From Lytechinus pictus (lineage: Eukaryota), in assembly GCF_037042905.1 (NCBI RefSeq), contig NC_087263.1:10108001-10172000 (forward strand): DNA of 64,000 nucleotides, read 5' to 3'. Below are positions 25,652 through 37,233 of this stretch, one piece after another. Position 1 is the first letter of the stretch; every line of letters starts with the position of its first letter. Position numbers and translations under genes: made by a program. Under the pieces are notes generated by a model. The model ran no database searches and had not been told where the DNA came from. It saw only the letters and a program-made list of their open reading frames with translations.

Positions 25652-26270
25652 AAAGGGCAAGTTCACCCTGTCGAAAGATTTATTTTGAGAAACTGAAGAA
25701 AATATAATAAAAGAATATTGATGAAGGTTTGAAAAAAAAGTTAATTGATTATATATATATACTAAATAGGTTCATTATTTCAGACTGAAATAATCGCTAG
25801 AGGGTATTCATTTGTCTCGCAATCTACTATGGTCAACAAGGAAATTCGTGATCACTCTCGCAAAAAGTGTTCACTAGCTTACAAGTTCACGAGCTTTCGA
25901 GTGCCGCTGCAACTCTTTATCAAGTGACAAAAATTATCTGATAACGAAGTCTATTTATACCAATCCCCAGGACCTCCGATAATATCATTTATCATTTCTT
26001 TCCAATCCAATAGACATTTGACATAGCCACTTTTCTTTTTGGATACAAAGTGCTGCACACGCATACACTACTCCATGTTTGGGCCACTAAAACAATAATT
26101 CAACACCTCAGAATGATCAGTTAGTTCATGCAATCCATTATCATTACCAAAATAGATGGGATTTAGTGGCTTTCTAGAACTAGTCAACAGATTGCTTCAC
26201 TGCAGCAGTTAGACGACTCCATGTTTTTCTGGTATTACAACAAACTTATTGTCGGGGTGAACTTCCCTTT
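25652..26270. mobile_element. Degenerate Kolobok/T2-like MITE, family D, apparently interrupted by other sequence
   Basis: aaagggcaagttcaccctgtc / gtcggggtgaacttcccttt termini. Same terminus at 53800-53820 and about 16375-16395. Confidence 0.5.
25885..25930 (-). ncRNA. Putative minimal type I hammerhead ribozyme (Penelope-like element type, U3-A8 core variant)
   Basis: Minus strand: TCAC-TTGATAA-A-GAG(T)TGC-AGCG-GCACTC-GAAA-GC-TC-GTGA. Stem I TCAC/GTGA, stem II GAG.TGC/GCA.CTC, palindromic AGCT stem III, UC cleavage site. Confidence 0.55.
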
Positions 26271-26854
26271 GGGACAGGTGGGCTTGTGTGGAAAGAGAAA
26301 AATCAAAGAATAAGATCAAAGAAAGTTTGAGAAAAATCAGACAAATTATGAGAAAGTTATGAGCATTTGAATAGTATCGCGATCACTAATGCTATAGAGA
26401 TCCTCTCATTGGCAGTGCAACAAAGATGTGTGATGTCACAAGTGAACAAGTTTCCCTGTGATGGACTATAAAATACCCCCAAAATGTCGCTTTTTGCTCT
26501 TTCTTATGGTGATACAAACTCTTTATCCATAACATATTCTTTGGAAATCTGTATTACATGCCCCCCTATAGAAAGAATACATGATCTACTGATAGAAATG
26601 ATAAAAAAGGGCAGTTTAAGTGAAATACATACAAACGTAATGGGAAAATTGTTCACACGTGACATCACACATCTTTGTTGTATTGCCAAAGGGAGGATGT
26701 ACATAACAATAATGATCTATAGTTCAAATGCTCATAACTACAAATGTATCTTATTATTTATTCATTTTTTCTCAAACTTTTGTTGATCTGTTTCTTTGAT
26801 TTGTCTGTTTTCACACAAGCTATCTTGTTTCAAAGGTTTCATTTTCCTTTTTAA
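26271..26854. mobile_element. Kolobok/T2-like MITE, family C
   Basis: Colinear similarity to 23907-24600; right end caaaggtttcattttcctttttaa. Confidence 0.7.
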
Positions 26855-27267
26855 GAAGTTAAGTTATCAACTACATGAACTATATAGGGAACACATATGA
26901 TTACTTACAACACGTGACAATGGGGCCTCATGTACATGTATCAGTTCTATGATGTGAATGGTAATGTTATCAACTTTATGAACATAACGAGGACATGCAT
27001 GTTTACATACAACATCTGAATTGGGGCCTTTTATACCTGACACACACGTGTGATCTATTAATCGGGAAGTTTTTTTTTGCCTCAGGATGAACTTTACACG
27101 GTCATGTGATGAATCAATTATGTATCAAAACAGCTGTTCTGAAAACAACATACAATGTGTGACCAACTTTCGTATCAAGAGGCCAAGCTACAATCCAAAG
27201 GACACCAGGTTATCAGGGTTTATAGTCACCTGGTACACAAGCATACAAGGCTTTCTGGTTGGTGAAC

Positions 27268-28232
27268 TCCCGGGGGGGGGGGGGGAGGGGGGCTAATAGA
27301 TTTATAACATGATACTTATCATATGTGCCACACCAAAGTCGAAAATAGGGAACTCTGGGACAAAAATTTGGTCTTAAAATGGGGGCCTCCGGAACGGCTC
27401 TAGGATCAACGATTGCTAGAAATGCAATGCTCTGAAACTGACCATATCAGAAAACGGGGGTCTCCGGAGCGGCCCATTCGGCGCCGACCGGCTGAGCAGT
27501 TCATGATGGAGGCGCACTGGAACGGGGAACCACAAATTTGAGGGTCTCTGGAACGGAAAAACCCAGAATTTCCATGGCTTTCTAAATTGGTGATGCTCTG
27601 GAACGGAAAATAAGGCTGAAAATGGGGGTCTCAACCCCGGGGGGGGCACTCGACCAAAAAAGTGGTAGGGGTGTGCCGCGGGCGAGACAAAAAACGGGGG
27701 CCTTGGAGCGGGCTTATTGTAAAAAGGAGGGTCCTCGGAACGGGCTTCGGAACTACAATTTTGTGAAAACGGGGGTCCTTGGAACGGATCGCCAGCGTGC
27801 GAGTACGTGCGTATGCACCCCTATGGAACGGGCATGCGTGCATGATGCAGCTAGCGCGGCCTCCGCCGGGTGCGCTAGCGCAGAGACGATGGTCGGACAG
27901 CGCTCGGCGGCCGCTTTTCACCAAAATTGCAGCAGATCAATGCGACCGGAACGGCGTAACGAAAAATATGCGAAGCTTTGGAGCGGATTTTTTTTTTTTT
28001 TTTCGATAAGAACAAAGTGCTATGCCTTGGAGCGGCTTTCTTTGTTTTTTGTCTCAATAAGACAAAAATGCTATGCCTTGGAACGGAAATTTGGGTGTAA
28101 AAACGGGGGTCCCCTCCGCGGCACATACCCACTATGCATTATATACTGAGTGCCCCCCCCGGGTCTCAACCGCGGCACATATGTATCATACATTAATTTA
28201 TGTACATTTATACTAAGTAACCCCCCCCCCCC
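27268..28232. mobile_element. Older GC-rich MITE with CCGGGG...CCCC termini, interrupted by a younger relative
   Basis: Poly-G start and poly-C end; repeated aaa(a/t)ggggg...ggaacgg subterminal motifs; host sequence resumes after the 9 bp TSD at 28171. Confidence 0.6.
27637..28162. mobile_element. Intact MITE with 15 bp TIR and 9 bp TSD (Mutator-like by TSD length)
   Basis: TIR CCGGGGGGGGCACTC / GAGTGCCCCCCCCGG; TSD GTCTCAACC at 27628-27636 and 28163-28171; about eight GGAACGG/GGAGCGG repeats. Confidence 0.8.
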
Positions 28233-28399
28233 TAGAGGTGTACTTCTCAGATAGTCTGATATATATCACATGGGCTACTATTTAACTGGTATAATTGCCA
28301 TTTGGTCTACACTACACCTTGTCTGATATCCAATTCTCATTAAGCCCTGTTTGTCTAACTTCCACTTACGTCTAATTTCGTTTTTAATTGATTAAATAT

Positions 28400-28690
28400 T
28401 TTTATCATTATTATTAAAATCATCATTAGAATAAACATGTATTTATAATGTTGATAATCATTATCATTAGTATTGGTACGCATCACATTAACGTTATCAT
28501 TTTCATCATCATCATCATCCCCATCACCATCATCATCATTGTACCCCCATCACCACCACCATCATCATTTTCATCCTCATTGATCATTATAATCATTATT
28601 TTCATCACTACCTACCTTTTAATAATCATTACAATTATCATTATATAACAATCATTATAACAATTATCATGGTTATCATAATTACAAACT
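28400..28690. repeat. Degenerate (CAT/ATT)n low-complexity tract
   Basis: Trinucleotide runs visible directly. Confidence 0.8.
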
Positions 28691-28812
28691 TTTAATCTCC
28701 CTTTAATTACATGAAAAGAAGCTGGAAATTTCCAGTGATTATTCTAATCTCTCTTGCTAGAGGAGTTTCCCTTTAAGTATTGTTGAATGTAATCCAAGCT
28801 ATATTGACTTAC

Positions 28813-28948
28813 CTGGGAATAGTATGCGTGCAATCATGCCAGGCATAACAATAAAGAAGAGAGGTGTGATTTTACAGAGCCCAGCAAAGAGCGTTCCCCC
28901 TTGTCCATGAGACAGGTTCTTAGCTGACAGAGCTCTCTGAACAATTAC
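28813..28948 (-). CDS. SLC5 symporter, coding exon 7
   Basis: gatag|GTA; VIVQRALSAKNLSHGQGGTLFAGLCKITPLFFIVMPGMIARILFP(D)|gtaagt. 136 nt, phase 0->1. Confidence 0.96.
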
Positions 28949-29892
28949 CTATCAAAATAATAGAATACCATACATGTGTGTGATTAAAAAATATATATAT
29001 ATTATTGGTGCCATAACCATGATAGGATTTTTAGAGATTCTTGAGACATATTTTTTTTTTGCCAAACGAGACTTTGAATGATTACCCAAAATAACCGCAA
29101 ACATGCTCAAAGTGCATGATTTTTTTATTCATAATTGTTGTTGTTGTTGACATTATCATCATTGTATTGAAATTATAGGCACCAAAAGAAAATTGCTTGC
29201 AGCTTATTACCATAATTCCTTTTCATCCCTTTATATGATGAAATAGAGTACCTAAGTGATGACGTCAATTTTTTTTATTTCTAATTTCATCATTTTTATA
29301 CCATATTTTGGTAGCGCATGATGGAAAGTCCATGGGGGCCTGAGATATGACCTCATGAATATATTGATTTTAATGGGGCTGAAATATCACAGAGGGCATA
29401 AATGTGACCTGTCACCCGAAAACCAACGCAAGGTTCTCTGCAAATAGCCAAAATAGTAATTTGTCCTTTTAAAAGCACAAATAAAATAAAAATAAAATAA
29501 AAATCTGGAAGAGTAACTCTTCTCCTTCATACTGTCAAAATTACAGGTTATAAATTGAAATAAAAAACAAGATGCAAGAGATTCTTTGATACAAGTTAGC
29601 TTTTTTTGCGGACTGCTTAGAAGCTTTACTGATATTGCATGGTGTGCACCACTCATGCTTGAGTAAACCTGAACTACAAACCGGTCTAGTTTTCTCCTAA
29701 TTTTTTTTGCTCTCTCACAGTTTCCAATGCTTTCAATCAAGTACATGTACTTCTGTGGGTTATTGTTGATTGATTCTGACAAGTTATATATCATCATAAA
29801 GCTTAGAATACAAACCTATTAAAAATTTCAAAGTTCATTTTGGGTGACTTATTGTTGGTTTAGGGGTGGCTGGTCACAAATGTAATGTTTGA

Positions 29893-30337
29893 GACACCGT
29901 TCTCACTACCATCCTAAAACTAGTTTAGTGGAAACTAGTGTAACGTGTAATGAGAACGGTCAAAGCGATCTTGGAAGCGATCTTCCAAACCGGCTCAGAA
30001 AACTACCTCGCGATGTAGTTTTCAAGATCGCTTTGTCTCGTTAAACTGGTTTTAGCGTGAGGACACAACCATTCTTCCGGAAGCGATCTTCGCACATTTT
30101 GAGCGCGCTACTCCACACACTGTATGTGGAATGCCTACGCTGAGGTTCCAAATTTTGCGCAAAACATGTCACCCCACTGAGAGTGTTCCCATATCAACAA
30201 GACCGCTTAACATGAAATGGTTTTGAAAACCACTTTCAGGTAATCAAATGGGTACGCTAGCAAAGCGATCTTCCAGACTGGTTTCCTGAACCGGTTTCCA
30301 GTAAACCAGTTTTAGAAAGTATAATGAGAACAATGTC
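29893..30337. mobile_element. MITE with imperfect TIRs and internal AAGCGATCTT repeats
   Basis: gttctcactaccatcctaaaacta / cagttttagaaagtataatgagaac; four aagcgatctt copies. Confidence 0.55.
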
Positions 30338-31704
30338 TGATTTGATCTGAAACATATAGTCTTGCAATATAATGGCCCAAATATATCATGATACTTGATA
30401 GTGATTTATTTGTTCTAAATTTCACATACGACAAGTTCATTTTTACTTCTAGAAAGTTTTTTGTACAATTGATCAAAACACAGTTGATTTGGAAGGGGCC
30501 AAAAAAGGTGGCTTAACTTTTTCACTTTTCTACGTTTATTAAATCATACTTGATGCCAGCTCAGGTGACCTTTCCCTTTAAATAGAACACTGTTTCAAGG
30601 ACAACCTGACTCGACCATATTTAACTATAAAGATATTGTTATCATAATCAAACACAATAACGTTGTACATCGGATATTTGCTTTCTTCTCATAAACTGAT
30701 GCATTGGCAGATTTCTATGATATCAAATTAAATTATGAATTGATAAACATAAGAATTGTGAGATCCCAATGTGATAAGCGTGTTAAGTGTGGGAACTGAA
30801 CAGCACGTACTATACTTAACGTGTCACTATATATTTATTGATTCCGTGAAATTAAATGGGCCCAGTTGGCTCACTTTATTATCAAGTGCACGTTATCTCT
30901 TGAAAGCATGATAATAAAATATACTAGTAGTTTTTGTGTTTGCAATTCCCAACCCCAATTGTCTATCAATGTTCCGATACATTGTACACAATATTAAATG
31001 AAAGTGTAGTACATGTAAAGTGGATATGTATTAATTAGATAGTGAATTATTTTGCAATTTGACATGGAAATTCAGTTTGGCTTGACAAATATTTAAAAAA
31101 AAATGCATATCTTTCCCCCTTTTTTTAATAAAAAAAATTATTTATAAAGCATGAAATTGGCTGAAAATATCATCTTTGCATGTAACATTCTGATGCACAA
31201 TTTATTGAATTACAGGAAAAATTTAAATTTTCAAAACAAAACTATAAAACATTTAATGTTCAACATTTACCAAACCTTCAGACAGGCTTTAGAAAGCAGA
31301 AACAACACTCTGAACAGCACAAATGATCATCTATCAAACCTGAGTGGAATTCATAAAGATGTTCATGAAGTTACACAAGTCTTTACGCATAACTGGAATG
31401 TGTACTTAGGTACTAAAGTTAGCCACATCATTTAGCATGAGACAGGATCTCTCGTAGTGCCTACTCATGTTTAACTTATGAATCACTTTATGAAATGGCA
31501 CCCCGAGGCCCGTTGTTTACTTTTGCCATAAAAACTCTGGCAAATTTTTGCCAGAGTTTTTAAATGTGTAAATTTCAATGGCATAATTTTGTTTGCCAGA
31601 GCTTTTTATGGCAAAAGTTTTATGCAATGGGTCCCTGATCTATCACCCAGTAGATTGTTAAAAGATGATCCCGGACCAACTGAAGGGAAAAGCAAGGTCA
31701 CAAG

Positions 31705-32150
31705 ATCATTATCAACATCATTATCATCATAATCATCACCTTCATCACCATCATCATAATCACTACCAACATTATCATCATCATCATCATAATCACTACC
31801 ATCATTATCATCACCATCATCATCACCATCAACACCATCATACTAATCATCATAATCACCACCACTACCATCATTATCATCATCATCATGATGACCATCA
31901 GAATCATCATCATCATCATTACTATCATTATACTCATAATCATTATCATCATCATCATCACCATTATTATCATAATAACCACCATCATCATTATGATCAT
32001 CATCATCATCACCACCATCATCATCATCACCACCATCAATAATACCATTCTCATTCTCATTCTCATCATCACCATCATAATAATAATCATCGCCATCATC
32101 ATCACCATCATCATCACCATCATTATCATCACATCATCATCGTCATCAAC
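31705..32150. repeat. (CAT)n imperfect microsatellite
   Basis: Long CAT/CAC/TAT run; source of the poly-His, poly-Met and poly-Ile ORFs. A second tract lies at 32440-32560. Confidence 0.9.
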
Positions 32151-32310
32151 AGCAGTGGTAGCAGCATGAACACCATGGTCGGCAAAAACAGCAGCCCAAG
32201 CCCAGCCAATATCAACACCATCAGCTAAAAAGATAATCATCATCGTTACCATTTCCTTCATCATCACAACACACGTAGAATATAAAATTAAAAAATAAAA
32301 ATAAAAATAA

Positions 32311-32432
32311 ACTGACCTGATCTGTAGCCCAGTACCAGAGGGATGCAGCAGTCTGCCCAAATATGAACCCAGGCCACGGGAGGTCAGAGTTCACGGGATG
32401 ACGGAAGAGATTAAAGTAATCATCCCTGGGGA
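32311..32432 (-). pseudogene. Tandem partial duplicate of the SLC5 exon 6 3' half including its donor site
   Basis: 122 nt match to 32619-32740 (offset 308) with 3 mismatches. Flanking intron sequence (agcatgaacaccatggtc) is duplicated as well. Confidence 0.9.
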
Positions 32433-32624
32433 TCGAGACATCCCCATCCCCATCACCATCATCAACATCACCATCATCATCATCACCATAATAATCATCA
32501 TCATCACCATCATGATCATCATCACCATCATCATTATCATCAAATCATCATTATCATCAACAGCAATAGTACAGCATGAACACCATGGTCAGCAAAAGCA
32601 GCAGCCCCCCAAAAACAAACTGAC

Positions 32625-32833
32625 CTGATCTGTTGCCCAGTACCAGAGGGATGCAGCAGTCTGCCCAAAGATGAACCCAGGCCACGGGAGGTCAGAGTTC
32701 ACAGGATGACGGAAGAGATTAAAGTAATCATCCCTGGGGAGACCACAGGAGCTGTTGGAGTAGTACGTCTCGTTGGCGATGGCTTGGGCATACAAGGGCT
32801 CCAAATTTTGATAACCACCGATGGCTTTGAAAC
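32625..32833 (-). CDS. SLC5 symporter, coding exon 6
   Basis: ttag|[71 protein letters not shown]|gtcagt. 209 nt, phase 1->0. Confidence 0.96.
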
Positions 32834-33683
32834 CTAATAAAGTAATCACAAGGTGTACTGGAATAAAAGCATAGCTAATAAGTAACACCTCATCAAAATT
32901 ACACACAAGGTCCATATCTAAACCATGCAATAGTGAATTTTTGCATCAGCTACGCTTTCTGGAACATACCAAATCTATAGTTAAAAGCCGTTCATAAAAA
33001 TCATCTTCCATCTGTGAATCATATCAGCAGTGTTGTCTTGTTATTTGACAAGCATTTTCAATAGATTTTATGTCAGGAAGCATCTGCACAGTGGTTGCAA
33101 ACACTTGCCAATAATGAATCATTGGGGTAAAAAAAGATTTCCAACAATTTTCAACATAAGATCTTTTGGCATTGTAAGATCTTGTGAAGCATGTTCCTTC
33201 AACAAGATCTAACTGTATCATAATTATTCAAGCAGGTGTTGTGGCTCAGTTGATATGTTTTCAGGCTTTGAACTGTAAGCCCTAGGGTTCAAATCCAATC
33301 ACTATGAAAATGTTTCTCTATGATCATCATTATCGAAAAGTTGGTCATGTTAATTAATGAAAATGTCATATTTTTAGGGTTGCGCAATACCCCGGCAATG
33401 CCGCCAGGACGACCGTGGACCGGGTATTACCGTACCCCTTTTCTGTTCTGTTAATGGATCGTCCTGTCGGCAGGACTGGGGTACAAGTTAAATTATTCTG
33501 AGTACAGAACAATTCATTTAGGGTATTTTTTATGTACTTACACAGTTTGTATCAATGTTCTGTTTGATTGAAGTGCAACGATATGTTTTGCATATTTTGA
33601 TTGTTTTTGTGACGAATAAAAACTGCAAAGATAAAATATTATCGAAAAGTCCATAGTATTAAAGATTGTACATTATTACTTAC

Positions 33684-33870
33684 TTTCAATGCAGAGCCAG
33701 AGTGCTCCTATCAACATGATCATGGCCTGTAAGGTGTCTGTAAAGATGACGGCAGCCAGTCCACCTGTCACCGTGTACAATGCTGTGATAGCCAGTAGGG
33801 AGAAGATGGATACATACAGATTCCAACCAAGTGCTTGCTGGATGAACAAAGCTCCAGAGTACAGATCAAC
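33684..33870 (-). CDS. SLC5 symporter, coding exon 5
   Basis: ctctag|[65 protein letters not shown](S)|gtaagt. 187 nt, phase 0->1. Confidence 0.96.
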
Positions 33871-33904
33871 CTAGAGACACAAGAATAGTCCATGGTTTCT
33901 GATT

Positions 33905-34865
33905 ACATCTCTCTTACAGAACAGAGTTCGAGAGCTCAAGTCTCTCTTCCAAATCAAACTCTCTTCCACAAAGGTCTTTCTATAAAGTCTCTCTTACTCA
34001 ACAGAGCTCTGTGGCTCAAGTCTGTCTTAAGTCTCACTTCCACAACAGTCTCTCTTAAGCTTTTCTTCCACAACAGAGCTCAAGTCTTTCTTAAGTTTCT
34101 CTTAAACATGTAAAACAGATTACCATAGGCTCAAGTCTCTCTTCCACAGCATTATCTCTCCCAAAAGTCAGTCTCTCTTACACAACAGAGCTCTAAAGCT
34201 CAAGTCTCTCTTCAGTCTCTCTTAAACATGTAAAACAGATCTCCAGAGCCCAAGTCTCTCTTCCAAAGCAATATATCTTCCACAAAAGTCTGTCTTAAGT
34301 CTCTCTTTAACGACAGAACCCCAGAGCTCAAGTCTCTCTGAAGTCTCACTTCCACAACAGTCTCTCTTACACAAAAGTCTCTCTTAAAACTCTTGTTCAC
34401 AACAAAGCTCAAGTTTAAGTCACACTCCCATAACAACCTGTCTTAAGTCTCACTTTTACAACAGTCTCTCTTCCACCAAAGTAACACTTAAGCATATCTC
34501 AAGAGCCAAATTCTTTCTTCCACAAAGGTCTTTCTAAATCTCTCTTACAAGACAAAGCTCAAAAGCTCAAGTCTCTCTTCCACAACAGTCTCTCTTAAAT
34601 CTGTCTAACACAACAGAGCTCTAGAGCTCAAGTCTCAATTAAGTCTCTCTTTCAAAACAATACCTCTTTCTCACAAACCTTGCTTAAGTCTGTCTTCAAC
34701 AACATAACTCAAGTTTCTATTAAGTCCTGATTCCATGACAGTCTTTCTATCAAACACAAGTCTAGAGCTCAAGTGTCTCTCCCAAAACAAGTCTCACTTC
34801 CACAAAAGTCTTTCCATTTTCTCTCTTCCACAACAGAACTCCAAAGCTCAAGTCTTTCTATCACA
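33905..34865. repeat. Decayed minisatellite built from AGAGCTCAAGTCTCTCTT(CCACAAC) modules
   Basis: Dozens of aagtctctctt and gagctcaagtct variants over about 950 bp. Confidence 0.85.
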
Positions 34866-35281
34866 AAAAATGAAGGAAATTCAGAGAAGATGGTACAAGG
34901 TGCATTTCAGTTAAGTCATATCCAGTCGGTTTGCCACATGAAGAATTTCACAGTACCCTAAGTTTTGCACTTGCCAAATCTAAATACAGCTACCAGCTAT
35001 GGCAAAAGGTTCTGACTTTTGTTAAGAAACTTCAAATGGAGGGAATGACACCTACATGCTCTTCAAGGATACATGGATATAGAATCGTTTCAAGTGATCA
35101 GTTTTATTATGGCTGCATGTATTCACACTAAACATGCTTTACTTTGGCATGTTTTGTCTACTCCTGGAAGTGGAAGCTTGCAGGTAAATGCAAGACGTAA
35201 GATTGATCGATTTGGGAACTAAAATGGACTAGTGATCGATTGTGAATTTCTTGTAAATGCACCCGCAATAGTAGTCCTTAC

Positions 35282-35446
35282 TGATATCTTGGTGAAGATG
35301 TATAAGATGAGCGAGACAACAGCGATGTACATTCTGATCCTCCTTCCTCCAAATCTCTTCTGCAGATACTCAGGCATGGTGTAGATACCGGCAGCAAGGT
35401 ACACAGGGAGGAACACCCATCCCATCACTTGAAGCAAGATAATGGC
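35282..35446 (-). CDS. SLC5 symporter, coding exon 4
   Basis: ttgcag|[58 protein letters not shown]|gtaagg (TMPEYLxKRFGG motif). 165 nt. Confidence 0.97.
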
Positions 35447-35837
35447 CTGCAACAAAATAATACAAATAATGCACAGGATGTTTGCAAGATATGGGAACCT
35501 CACTGTGCACAAGAATGTAGGCAAGTACCCAGTGTTGGGCTGATTTGTGCATATAGCCCCAAAATGAAAATACGACTAGTCTTGAAATTCTATATTCAGT
35601 TCTTCCGAATTCTGCAAAAATGTTTCCGTTTCGCGGAAATCTAGGGGCAGGGCGGCGGAACGTCAGGCTCATAAAATGAAAGTGGAGGGGCACCTATTGT
35701 TTGGCAGACAAAAGGTGCCCCTCCACTTTCTTTGTCCGAGCCTGATGTTCCGCCGCCTCTGTCTAGGGGCTTTCACTTGGGTTACAGAGCCTACAGGGAC
35801 TTACAAACTTCAGAATATGGTTCTGGATTGTACTTAC

Positions 35838-35942
35838 ATTGAGTTCAAAGGCACCGACACCAATGCCTGATGATGCCCCTGATCCTGCTAGGCCTATGAA
35901 GTGCTCACTACCAATGTTACTAGCGAACAAAGAAGCCCCCAC
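35838..35942 (-). CDS. SLC5 symporter, coding exon 3
   Basis: tgacag|[38 protein letters not shown]|gtaagt. 105 nt. Confidence 0.97.
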
Positions 35943-36299
35943 CTGTCAAAGTACAAAGAAAGAGCAGAATAAGCAAGGAGGTACATGTGCATTACCGACT
36001 GGAGTACACCAGCATCATTGTTGACCCTAAATGACCTTTGACCTTGGTCATGTGGTCTGAAACTCAGGCAGGAAGTTCAGTGATACATTGTTACCCTTAT
36101 TTCCAAGTTTCATTACCTAGGGCCCAATATACTTTCTAAGTTATGATGACATTTCTAAAACTAAACCTTGGTTAAGATTTCAATGTTGACAACGCAGCCG
36201 CCGCCGTCAAAAAAGTGGCGCAGATCTTGCTCTGCTATTTAACGAGACAAAAACTAATTATAACATTAAAAAAACATGAATAATAATGAGGATATAGGT

Positions 36300-36415
36300 T
36301 TCCTATCAATAACAAAGTAATAAACAAGGAAACTTCTTTAAAACTCCTTGGTGTTAAGATTGAAATTAACCTTACGTGGAAAGACCATGTAAATGAAATA
36401 CATATAAAATGTAAT
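36300..36415 (+). mobile_element. Small CR1-type LINE reverse transcriptase remnant
   Basis: Translates INNKVINKETSLKLLGVKIEINLTWKDHVNEI, resembling the KFLGVxIDxxLTWKxHI motif after RT domain 7. Confidence 0.55.
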
Positions 36416-37233
36416 ATGACATCACAAATCAAGGAACTAAAATTCCATTATCAACTTTTTTTAAATTTACAATGATTTTTCTCAAACCAGCACCATATTT
36501 TCTTCTTTTTTTTCTGCTACTTACAAAACACTATTCACCATTCTTTTCAATCTGGTTTCTCCTTTCACAATATTCATGAAAAAAAGAATAGCAATAACCG
36601 ATACTTTCAGTCACTCTTTTGATAGAAAGATCACATTGTACTCTTTCATGATGAATAGGTAATGATACAATGTAGACTACATACCAGAAGTAGAATGAAA
36701 CCATACTAGTTACAAGTTAGGGCCTTTTCACACGTGAATCTCTATTCATCATTGCAATGATGATTGCAAAATATCGTGACTGTAATTAGCGTTCGCGATT
36801 CTAATCATGTTCTAGTTTGGTTTCACACTGTGGTAAATATTCGTCATTAGCCTTATTTTTCACTGGAATCATTCAAATTTCATTTTACTGTGTGAAAGGG
36901 CAGTTAGACTTGTTAATGAATGATAAGGAAAACAAACTTTGGTTTTGATGACTTGGCATATCAGTTGACTGGGAAATCTGAATTGATTCCACTGCATAAC
37001 TGATTAGTATAAATTTATTGAAGTACATTACAATGTAAGTCTCTTTCTAACCCCTCCCATAAAAATTCATTGATGTACCATATTTCAAACATCTTTCTTT
37101 TGTAAACTTAAAAAAAGAAATCACATGTACATGAATAAGAGTTAATTGCACTTTTACTCTGTAGTGAAGAGCTTAAAGCCAAAATAAAGCTTTAAGCACT
37201 CCATATGATATTTCACAGTTGCACCTTAAATAC

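Noticed and set aside
27622..28149. 175 aa GC-rich ORF
   Set aside because: Lies almost entirely within a TIR/TSD-bounded MITE made of short repeats; no transposase motifs.
31665..32360. Poly-His, poly-Met and poly-Ile ORFs (125-220 aa)
   Set aside because: Translations of a (CAT)n microsatellite in an intron; open in several frames on both strands, with no sign of real coding structure.
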